A stretch of 64,000 bases of DNA. It comes from an uncultured Bacilli bacterium (GTDB taxonomy: Bacteria > Bacillota_I > Bacilli_A > RF39 > UBA660). The stretch lies in the NCBI GenBank assembly GCA_947630055.1, contig CANRGA010000001.1:10195-74194 (forward strand), read 5' to 3'. Shown here piece after piece: positions 10,050 through 19,800 of this stretch. Each line of letters starts with the position of its first letter. Within the stretch, counting starts at the first letter, position 1. The notes beneath the pieces were generated by a model. The model saw only the letters and a list, made by a program, of their open reading frames with translations, was not told where the DNA came from and made no database searches. A program made the position numbers and the translations under genes.

Positions 10050-10837
10050 TGCAAGTAGAAATAATTATTATTGGTATTCTAATCTTTGTTGTAATGACTT
10101 ATAATGGTCAAGTTAGTATTAAAGATTTAATTAGTGATAACTTTTATTTATTTAGAAAGTTAAAAGAAGACGATTGGGATTTTTATGTTAGTGCAAAATA
10201 TGGAGATAGTGTTTCATCTGATGCAATTTTTATGAAGAGAATTCGAAATGGTTTAATGGTAATTGTAATTAGTTTATTTTTCTTCATAAGACAACTTGAT
10301 GCTCTTTATATATTAATATCTTTTGTTTTAGGTTTCTTAGTATTTAAAATGGACTATATGAATATTAAATCTTATTATAAAACTCATATGTTTAAAATAG
10401 ATAGTATGTTACCTCACTATTTAAAAAGTATTGAAATATTAATTCAACACTATACAGTTCCAGTTGCTATTGGTAAATCAATAATTGATGCACCTGATAT
10501 ATTTAAAGATGGATTACAAGAAATGATTAATGAAATAAATTCAGGTGATGACTCAATTAACCCTTATATGAATTTTGCTAAAAAATATCCGGTAAGAGAT
10601 TCAATGCGTATGATGCGTCTTTTATATCGTTTAAGCTTAGGAAGTCAAGATCGTAAACAAGAACAAATGTTGATGTTTTCAAGAACAATATCTAATTTAC
10701 AACAAAAAGCTAGAGAGACGAAATATAAAAATAGACTTGATAAGATGGAAGGCAAAACAATGAATATGTTAATGTCAACTGGTTTTGGAGTAATGATCTT
10801 ATTAGTCCTAGCCGTATTACAAATGATGGATTTATAA
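10049..10837 (+). CDS. TadC-like inner-membrane platform protein (T2SSF-type)
   Basis: Start overlaps TadB stop. Three hydrophobic blocks with TadC-like spacing. Confidence 0.55.
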   Translation: MQVEIIIIGILIFVVMTYNGQVSIKDLISDNFYLFRKLKEDDWDFYVSAKYGDSVSSDAIFMKRIRNGLMVIVISLFFFIRQLDALYILISFVLGFLVFKMDYMNIKSYYKTHMFKIDSMLPHYLKSIEILIQHYTVPVAIGKSIIDAPDIFKDGLQEMINEINSGDDSINPYMNFAKKYPVRDSMRMMRLLYRLSLGSQDRKQEQMLMFSRTISNLQQKARETKYKNRLDKMEGKTMNMLMSTGFGVMILLVLAVLQMMDL

Positions 10838-10861
10838 AATTCCTTTATAGGAATTTTTTAT
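10838..10861 (+). terminator. rho-independent terminator after tadC-like gene
   Basis: AATTCCTTTATAGGAATT hairpin followed by TTTTT. Confidence 0.6.
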
Positions 10862-10930
10862 ATTATTGCGTAAATTTATATAAAATTTTTAAAAATATTT
10901 ATTTTATTTGTCAAATATTATAAATATTAA

Positions 10931-10959
10931 TTGCTATTTTGTATTATTTTGGTTATAAT
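10931..10959 (+). promoter_or_regulatory. sigma-A type promoter for the pilin genes (TTGCTA-17-TATAAT, TG-extended)
   Basis: TTGCTA 10931..10936, 17-nt spacer, TGGTTATAAT 10950..10959. 30 nt upstream of strong RBS AAAGGAGGAA. Confidence 0.55.
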
Positions 10960-10990
10960 ATTTATAGATAATAAAGGAGGAATGTAATTT

Positions 10991-11269
10991 ATGAAAGAAG
11001 CAACAGGTGAATTAAATATGACAGTTGTAACAGTTGTAGCAATTGCAGCATTAGTAGCTTTCTTTTATTTAGTAATATGGCCAACTATTAAAACAGGTAT
11101 GGCATTAAACTCTGCTTGTAGTACATATGCATCAACTGGTGGTACAGTTACTTTAGATGATGGTGGTACTATTGTATGTACAAAGAAAACTGCAACAACA
11201 ACGGCAACATGTACTTACAATCCATCTGCAACCGAAGGTGGAAAACCACAAACTAAAAACTGTGAATAA
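10991..11269 (+). CDS. Flp-like pilin with atypical class III leader (MKEATG/ELN...), Cys-containing C-terminus
   Basis: Short charged leader KEATG followed by 25-aa hydrophobic helix. 4 Cys in C-terminal half. Strong RBS. Confidence 0.5.
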   Translation: MKEATGELNMTVVTVVAIAALVAFFYLVIWPTIKTGMALNSACSTYASTGGTVTLDDGGTIVCTKKTATTTATCTYNPSATEGGKPQTKNCE

Positions 11270-11285
11270 TAGTGAGTAGTAATAT

Positions 11286-11552
11286 ATGAAAGAGACAACA
11301 GGTGAATTAAACGCTACTGTAGCAGTTATGTTAGCTATTGGTGTTTTAATAGCTTTTTTTTACTATACTTTGTGGCCACTTATTAAAAATAATTTCGATA
11401 AAAATTCTCAATGTAGTAAAGCTATATGTGAAAAATGCGATTTAAATGGTGATGGAAAAGCAGATGTTGGATGCGAAACAGTAACTTGTTATCCAAAAGG
11501 TGAAGAACATCAACCTGGTGTAAATGACTTTCAATGTGTCTATAAAGGTTAA
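11286..11552 (+). CDS. Flp-like pilin paralog (MKETTG/ELN...), 6 Cys
   Basis: Same leader and helix as 10991. C-terminus CSKAICEKCDLNGDGKADVGCETVTC. Confidence 0.5.
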   Translation: MKETTGELNATVAVMLAIGVLIAFFYYTLWPLIKNNFDKNSQCSKAICEKCDLNGDGKADVGCETVTCYPKGEEHQPGVNDFQCVYKG

Positions 11553-11566
11553 GGAAGTGGAATAAA

Positions 11567-12079
11567 ATGCGGGAAGCAATTGGAGGAATATCCATATTTC
11601 AAATAGTTATATTTTTTATATTGTTATTTACAGGGGTTATGTGCTTAACTATTAATCACTCTAAAGCTTTTGGCGTTAAAGATGAAATAATAACAATAAT
11701 AGAAAATGAACCATTAGGAAGTACTTCTACTTCTTCTTTTGGTTTGAGTGAAAGTACAATGGATAAAATTGCTGAGCATTTAAAAGATGCTGGATATAGA
11801 ATTACTGGTAATTGTCCGAATGGATATCAAGGATATAATCGGGAAGGAAATCCCACTAATAATGATGCATCATTTTGTATAAAAGCTAATAAGGTAGAAG
11901 ATAAATTTTATAAAGATGCTAGAGAAAAATGTACTGGCAATAAATGTGTTGTTACAACTGGTGATTTTCCAAATATGGTATACTACGATATAGTATTATT
12001 TTTCCAATTAGACATTCCATTTGTTAAAGATTTATTTGAATTTAATGTAATGGGTTCTACTAAGACTATATTTGGATAG
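11567..12079 (+). CDS. TadE-like minor pilin/pseudopilin (MREAIGG/ISIF...)
   Basis: Leader REAIGG then hydrophobic helix. 170 aa. Operon context. Confidence 0.45.
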   Translation: MREAIGGISIFQIVIFFILLFTGVMCLTINHSKAFGVKDEIITIIENEPLGSTSTSSFGLSESTMDKIAEHLKDAGYRITGNCPNGYQGYNREGNPTNNDASFCIKANKVEDKFYKDAREKCTGNKCVVTTGDFPNMVYYDIVLFFQLDIPFVKDLFEFNVMGSTKTIFG

Positions 12080-12089
12080 GTGATATAAA

Positions 12090-12551
12090 ATGCGCGAATC
12101 AATAGGAACTCAAACAATTTTTAAAGCTGTCTTGATTTTCACTTTTTTATTTTCTGGCTTTATTGCAGTTGCAATAACATATAATAAAGCCTTTAAATTA
12201 AAAAATGAGACTATTAATATTTTAGAAAAATATGAAGGCGTTAATAAACAATCTTTAACTATCATTAATAACTATTTGAATCAAAATGGTTATTCTACTA
12301 AAAATCCTTGTGATACCACTGAATATGGAGTAGCAGATTTAAAAAATCCAACATATGAAAAAAGTAATCCTAATAGTAGGTATTATTATTGTCTTTCTTC
12401 TGAGGTAAAAAATAATCAAATATTTTATGGTATTAAATTATTTTCAAGATTTAATTTACCTATAATTGGAGATTTATTCTATTTTAGAGTTACTGGAGAG
12501 ACAAAAGGTATTAAATTATATGATAATAAACAAAGATTAGAAAATAATTAG
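12090..12551 (+). CDS. TadE-like minor pilin/pseudopilin paralog (MRESIG/TQTIF...)
   Basis: Same leader class. 153 aa. Confidence 0.45.
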   Translation: MRESIGTQTIFKAVLIFTFLFSGFIAVAITYNKAFKLKNETINILEKYEGVNKQSLTIINNYLNQNGYSTKNPCDTTEYGVADLKNPTYEKSNPNSRYYYCLSSEVKNNQIFYGIKLFSRFNLPIIGDLFYFRVTGETKGIKLYDNKQRLENN

Positions 12552-12557
12552 GGAGAT

Positions 12558-13544
12558 GTGAATATGAATGTAATAGTATCAAATAAATATCAATCATTAC
12601 TAGGAACACTAGAAATAGATGTAATTAAAACAATTAATGGTGAATTTACGGTTCAAGATTTGGTAAATCAATTTAATAATTTTTTCTTTAATAAAATGAT
12701 AATTGATATAACTGCTATTAAAAATTATGAAAATATTAATATAATGCGGGAATTATCATTGAATTTTGAAATGGATAAAATAATTATCTTGTTAGATGAT
12801 TCACCAAGTGTAAATTCAGCAAATTATTTATCTCAATTGGTATCTTTTGGTATTTATAATTTTACAAGAAGTGTAGATGCTATTCCATTTTTAATAGATA
12901 ATCCAAATTCTTATAAAGATGTAGCGGCATATCAAAATTTAAATCCAGATACTAATTTGGACAGTAAAAAAGTTAAAGAAATTGCTCCTGTTAAAATGGA
13001 GCAAAGAGTAATTGGCTTTAAGAATGTTACTGAACATGCAGGAGCTACTACTTTAATATATATGTTAAAAAAGCATTTACAAAGTGAATATAAAGTTAAA
13101 GCAATTGAAGTAAATGCAACCGATTTTGAAAATTTTAATGATAAATCACTTGAAAGTGCTGATTTTATGAATATTTCAATAAAATTAGCAAATAATAGTG
13201 ATGCCGATGTTATTTTAGTGGATTTAAATGATGGTCCAGAAACAATTTGTACCGAAATTATTTATCTAATTGAACCAGGTATTTTAAAATTAAATAAATT
13301 AATTAGGAATGATCGAAAAATATTTGAAAAATTAAAGAATAAAAAAATCGTTTTAAATAGAAGTGTTTTAAACGATAAAGATGTTCATGATTTTGAATAT
13401 GAAAGTGGTAGTAAAATATTCTTTAATATTCCAAGTTTAGATGAAAAATTAGATAATAATAAAAAAATAATTGAATTTTTAATTGCTTTAGGATTTTCTA
13501 GATTAGATGTAGAAAATAATAATAAAAAATTTGGTATTTTATAA
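12558..13544 (+). CDS. TadZ/CpaE-like protein (receiver-like N-domain plus degenerate ParA/MinD-like domain)
   Basis: Deviant P-loop region VIGFKNVTEHAGATTLIYMLKK. N-terminal alpha/beta region. Last gene of operon. Confidence 0.35.
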   Translation: MNMNVIVSNKYQSLLGTLEIDVIKTINGEFTVQDLVNQFNNFFFNKMIIDITAIKNYENINIMRELSLNFEMDKIIILLDDSPSVNSANYLSQLVSFGIYNFTRSVDAIPFLIDNPNSYKDVAAYQNLNPDTNLDSKKVKEIAPVKMEQRVIGFKNVTEHAGATTLIYMLKKHLQSEYKVKAIEVNATDFENFNDKSLESADFMNISIKLANNSDADVILVDLNDGPETICTEIIYLIEPGILKLNKLIRNDRKIFEKLKNKKIVLNRSVLNDKDVHDFEYESGSKIFFNIPSLDEKLDNNKKIIEFLIALGFSRLDVENNNKKFGIL

Positions 13545-13558
13545 TAAGTAAGATAAAG

Positions 13559-13583
13559 TCTCTAGTAATAGAGATTTTTTTTA
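13559..13583 (+). terminator. rho-independent terminator ending the pilus operon
   Basis: TCTCTAGTAATAGAGA hairpin followed by TTTTTTTTT. Confidence 0.6.
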
Positions 13584-13603
13584 TTGTATAGTAAAGTTTA
13601 AAA

Positions 13604-13620
13604 GTTCAACAGTGTTGAAC
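13604..13620. promoter_or_regulatory. 7-bp inverted repeat GTTCAAC-AG-TGTTGAAC upstream of the giant protease gene, candidate operator
   Basis: Read directly. Lies about 140 nt upstream of a TGGTATTAT extended -10 element. Confidence 0.3.
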
Positions 13621-13800
13621 GAATTAAGGTGGTCTCATTATTTAAAATTAATAAAGATAGATAATGAAATTAAAAGAAGACAAAAATTTCATTAAAGATC
13701 CATATGTATTAGAATTTTTAGATATAAAAGAAAAATACTGGATAATTTTGCTATATTGTGGTATTATATGAAACAATTGATTTTGAAGGGGTGTTTTGTT

Positions 13801-16800
13801 ATGAAATACGCAAAATATAAGTATATATTTATGTTATTTTTAGTGATCATTTTTTTACCATTTAAAGTTATGGCCAAAAATATTAATTTAGATATTGATA
13901 AATATGATTTAACTATTGGTGATGAAATAACAGTAAGTGTTAGTTTACCAGATGAAATAAAAGCTTATGCAGTTATGGCAACTTTTACTTATGATGAAAA
14001 TGTTTTTACTAAAATAGATATTGATGATTTTTCTATTTTAAATAAAAATTTAAATATTTCTTATAATGATAATACTAAAAAATTTGGTTTAATAAACGAA
14101 ACAGGTAAATTAGATAATGAATTATTTCAAGTTCATTTAAAAGTAAAGGAAAATGCTAATGTTGGCGATACTAATATAGCTTTAACAAATATAGTAGTGT
14201 CTGATGGAACAAAGAAAGAAGAATATAATAAGACTATTAAAACTATTTTAGTTACAAGAGATGCTAAGCCTGGTGAAGAAATACCTATTAATAAATCTAA
14301 TAAAGTAGAAGAAAGTAAAGAAATTGAAACTAAAGTATTTACATCTAAGCCGTTTATGATTACTTTAGGTATAAGTGCTATTGTAATTTTAGGATTAGTG
14401 ATTTATATTACCTTATTTAAAAAAGATAAAAAGACTTTAAAAAATATTCTTGTTGGTTGTGCAACTATTTTAACCATTTCTTTTGTAGTTATATATATAT
14501 TTAATATTAATAAAAGAGATGTTAATAATGATGGAGTTAAAGATTACAATGATGCAAAAGAAATACTTAAATATCTTTTAGATATTACAGGTACTGAAGA
14601 AATTGATAATAATAAAAATACTTCTAATAAAAAACCAAGTATTAACCCAAATAATAAATATGATGTTAATAATGATGGTAAAATTGATATAAATGATGTT
14701 GGTAATAATACGGAAAATGTTACTGAAAATACAAAAGTGATTTTAAAAGAAAAGAACGATAATAAAGATTTTTATGTCAAAAAAGGTGATATTACTTTAA
14801 AATTTACTGCAGAAATTACACCTAAAAATGTAACAATAACTAAAGTAAAAATTAATAATAAATATTATGATGTTATCAATAATAATGGCGAATATTCTGT
14901 TACTATAGAGTCTAATAAAGCAGGTAAATACGAATTTGCTATTACTAGTGTTATTTTATCTAATGGCAAAGAAATAAATGTTAAACTTAAATTTGTAAGA
15001 GAAGTTTTAAAAGTTACTCCTTATGTTAATAAATTTAATTTAAATGATGAAAAAGGTTCTTTAAGTTTTGAACTAGTAGATCCAGAAGATGCTTTTATTA
15101 GTGGTGAAGTTACTGTTTATGATGGTGAAAAAGTAATTGTCAAAGAAAATGTTAAAAGTACAACTAAAATTAATGATATTCCTATTGATGAAGATAAAAT
15201 TTATCGTTTAGAAGTAATGGGAGAATATGATTTAGATAGCAATAAAAATGATGATAATAATCATTTTACTAATCAAACTATGTTTAACCATTCCTTTATG
15301 ATAGGGGGAGATTATAACTTCACTTTAACTGATGTAGGAATTACAGATGCGATTAAAAAGGGTGAAAAGCCAGTTATAAGTTTTAAAAGTACAAATACTA
15401 AAGGAGTGACTGTTGAAAATGCTTCTTTAACTATTGGAAATAAAACTAATAATTATGTCATTAGTAAAATAGATGGTGATAATTATGAAGTTATTTTAGA
15501 AGATGCTGATACATCTGTAGGTAAACATAAAGTAAATTTAGATAGTGTTAGATTAAAATCTTTAAAGACGTTTAATAATAAAAAAGACTATGATGCTAAT
15601 ACACTAACTTATACTGTGTTAAAAGATTCGCCAAAAGTAACTAGTTTGAATGTAGAAGAAGATTCCGAAAATAAAAGTATTATTGCTAAATTTAGTATAA
15701 ATGATGAAAGTAGTGCTATTAGTAGTTTAAAAGTTGTTTTAGTAGATTCAACTGGAGCAGTTATTGCATCACAAATTTTAACAAGAGAAGAATACTTAGA
15801 AAAAGGTGAAGTATCACTATCTTATGATGGTAGTACAGATGGTAATTATAAAGTTAAAATTTTAGCTGATTATGCCCTAAGTGATCAATATAACTATACT
15901 GATAAACCAATTGGGGAAGAAGCAATTACAGTTAATACTGGTGTATATATTGAAGCTATTGAATATGTTGAAACAAAACAAAATAATCGTGTTATTGATA
16001 GTGGTAAATTTGCTAGTAAAGGCCAAAAAATGTATCGAATGAACTTTATCGTTCATACCAAAGGAATAAGATCATATTCACGTCTTTCATCTATTACGAT
16101 TAATGGTTTAAATTATATTGCTAATGGTGGAGCATCTGCCATAGAAAATGCTGAAGGTGAATATAGATATACCTCAACTGTTGCTATTACTGTGCCAAAA
16201 GAAGCAGGTATTATGACAATTACTGCTAATCGTGTTCAATTAGAAGTTAATAGTTATAATTACAAGGTTAATCAATTTTATCATGTTCCAGATGTATCTA
16301 AAGAATATGAAGTATTAAAAGATATTCCAAGTATTGCTAATTTAAAAATACAAAAAGAAGATTATGAAGCAAAAGAAGTTACTTTTAATTTTGATGTTAT
16401 CGACAAAGAAGATTCATTTATAAGTGGTAAATTAGAATTAAATGGTAAGAGTGAAGAGATAAATAAAGGTAATAATACAGTTACTTTTACTGGTATTGAA
16501 ACTGATAAAGTTCATGATTTGATTTTTAAAGCTGATTATAAATTAAGTACTGGTGAAATTGAAGATCCAATTAATCAAACAGAAAAAAGTAATGCGGAAA
16601 TATATAAAGTTAAATATGGTTTATATAAAGAAGATACTTATAATGATATTAAGATAAGTGAAATTACTCCAGTTAGTGAAAAGAACAATAAATATTTTGA
16701 AAAAAACGAAGATATTAAATTAAATCTTATTATTGTAGGCATTCCCGAGTATTTAAATGTTTATCCAGAAAGAGTTATTATTAATGATAAAGAATATGAT

Positions 16801-19800
16801 TCAAAAGCTTTAATGACTTGTCATGAAGTAACTTTAAAGGGTTATACTTCATCTGGTGAAAAAGAACTTAAAGTTAGTGCCATCATTTTAAATAATGGTA
16901 AAGTTATAACTTTAGATAAAGAAGTAACTATTGAAGTATTAAAAGATATACCAAAAATAACTGATTATAAATATTCTATTAATGATAATAGTATTAAAAT
17001 TACTTTAGCTAATAAAGATAGTGATTCATCTTTAGATGGTGATTTACAAGTTAAAGTTACTGATGATACAGGGAAAGAACTTTATAATAGTAAATATCAA
17101 GAGACAATTGAGTTTAAAAAGAATAAAGATGCTTTAAGATATTATATTTCTGTTATAGGTAGTTATGATAGAGATATTGATAAACAAGAAGATAGTGAAA
17201 ACTATAATAAAGATATTAAATTATTAGATGAAACTATTTCTCTAGATAAAAATAATATTGAATTAAAAGATATTACTTATATAACCTTATATAAAGAAGA
17301 AAATGATAAAATATTAGAGATTAGAGAAATAACTAAAGAAGAATTAGAACAAAATATTGAAAAATATTTTGTCGAAGTTAATATGGAAAATATGCCTTCT
17401 GTTTATGCTAAACTTAAAAAAGTTACTATTGAAGATAATCATTTAATGCTAATTTTAGATTATGAATATGTAACTAAAGAAGAAAGTAAATCTAAAGAAA
17501 TCAAAGTTGATTATGGGGCTATAATTAATGGTAAAGCAAAAAATGAAACTAATCCATTAAATGAATTTAATATCTTAAAAGAAAGAATTAAAAATAATGA
17601 ACATATCATTTTAACTCATGATTATGATTTAAAAGATATTGAAGTTACTACAAGTTATTATTTTGAAAACTTTAGTGGTTCAATTGATGGTAATGGTCAT
17701 AAAATAACTAATTTAAGTAAACAATTATTTAATGAACTTAGTAATGCGGAAATTAAAAATTTAATAGTAGAAAATGCTAATATAAGTGGTGCTGTTCGTG
17801 GTATTTTAGCCGATAAAGGTACAGATGTAGTAATTAATAATGTTCATTTATATAATGGTAATATTAAAGCTAATCTTGTTACTAATGGAACTGGTATTAT
17901 GTTTGGTGAAACAAGAAATAGTATAGAAATATCAAATTCATCAATTGTAAATAGTTCAGTTAGTGGTGGCAAAAGAACTGGTGGCTTTATTGGTCAAGCT
18001 TATAATAAAACAACGATTACTAATAGTTATATCAATGATAGTAGTGTAACTGGTAATAATGACGCTATTGGTGGCATTATTGGCGAAGTAAGTAGTGCTA
18101 ATAATGTTTCTATGACTAATTGTTATAGTAAAGTTACTATGGATGGTGGTGCTGGTAATGCTAAAGCTGGTATTTTAGGCTATACTAATAGTAGCGGTGC
18201 AACTAAATTAATTAATAGTTTAAGTATGTCTCAAGGAAATAGTGGTACGAGAGTATATGGTAATGGTATCTCTGCTACTAATGTCTATGAGTTAAAAGAA
18301 TCTACTATGAGATCGCAAGCTGGTGGCCAAATTAAAGAAATAACTGGTAATGATATTAATAAAGAATTCTTTATTAATTCATTAAATTGGGATGAAGAAG
18401 TGTGGAATTTAGATAATGTATCAGCTGATGTACCTCCTATTTTAAAAGGCGAAAAATTTGAGCCTGTGAAAAGCCCAATAGAAGCTGAAGATGGTTATGA
18501 TCCAAATAAAAGAATACTTTATAATAACTTAATGAAATTAATGCCTTTCTATGATAGTGAAAAAATAGTTAGAACTGGTATGCATATTACTGATAATAAT
18601 TTACTTAATAAAGAAATTCAACATATTGTGCCAATTGATAATAAAGGAAGTATTGTTACATATTTAACAAGTGATAATTTAAAGAAAATAAGTAAGATAA
18701 AAGTAGTATATAAAACGAAAGAAAAAGTTACTTATGATGTAAAATTTGATAATACTTATGATATGGTAGCAAGTTATCGTATACCTGATTTAAATATCGA
18801 TTATACTTATAACCATTATATTATTGATGCTAACTCTCAAGTAGTAAATAATATAACTAATTATTTAAAAGATTTAAGTTATACAAATAATTTAGATACT
18901 TTAACTGCTACTAAAGATAGTAGAATATTAAGAGATTTCTATAATGATGTTACTAGTAAAGAATTAAAAGAATTTACTTTAAAATATTTATCTAATAGTA
19001 ATTATACTAATACCACTAACAATGATAGTATTAATAGTCATTTGGAAAGTGAAATTAAAAAAGATAAAAAAATTGAAAAAGTATTATATATGTATAATTA
19101 CTTTAGAAGATTCTATGATGTTGAAATAGATGGTATGAAATTATATGATTTTATGCTATTTAACATGAATGGTTTTGATGAATCATTAACAAGCCAAATG
19201 ATAGCCCGTATTTATTTACAAGATGGTAATAACTTTAACACTGGTTCAACTGGTACTAAATATCGTGATTTACTAGGGGGTTATACTAAACTTAATACTA
19301 TTGCCAAATTCATCGAATATATGGTAACTGAATTTAGTAATGATAATATGAATGATTGGGTAAGGAAAGAATTTGCAGGTTACTTAGTAGAAATTCCAGT
19401 TAAAGGTCATGAAAAAGACATTCAATATACTTTATGGGATCACTTTAGTAATGAAGATGCTGTTTATAATAATCCACATAGAGCATATGATATGATGTTA
19501 CCAATTTTAACATTGCCAAAGAATGCAGCTTATATAATTTCTACGCCAGTTCAATTTATCATCGGGGCGCAAAGAAGTTATATTGAAGATCCAGAAGATC
19601 CTACTTCTCAAAGTATTTTCCAAAGAAGAGTTAAAAGCTACGCTAAGAGAATGGAAACTTATTTTGATACAGCTTATAAAATTTTAGGCGATGCAAAATA
19701 CTTTAATGATATTCATACTTTCCAACTTGATAAAAGATTTGCTTATGATGAAAATGGCGCAATGGTATATCAACAAGCCTATGTTACAGAGGAGCCATTC

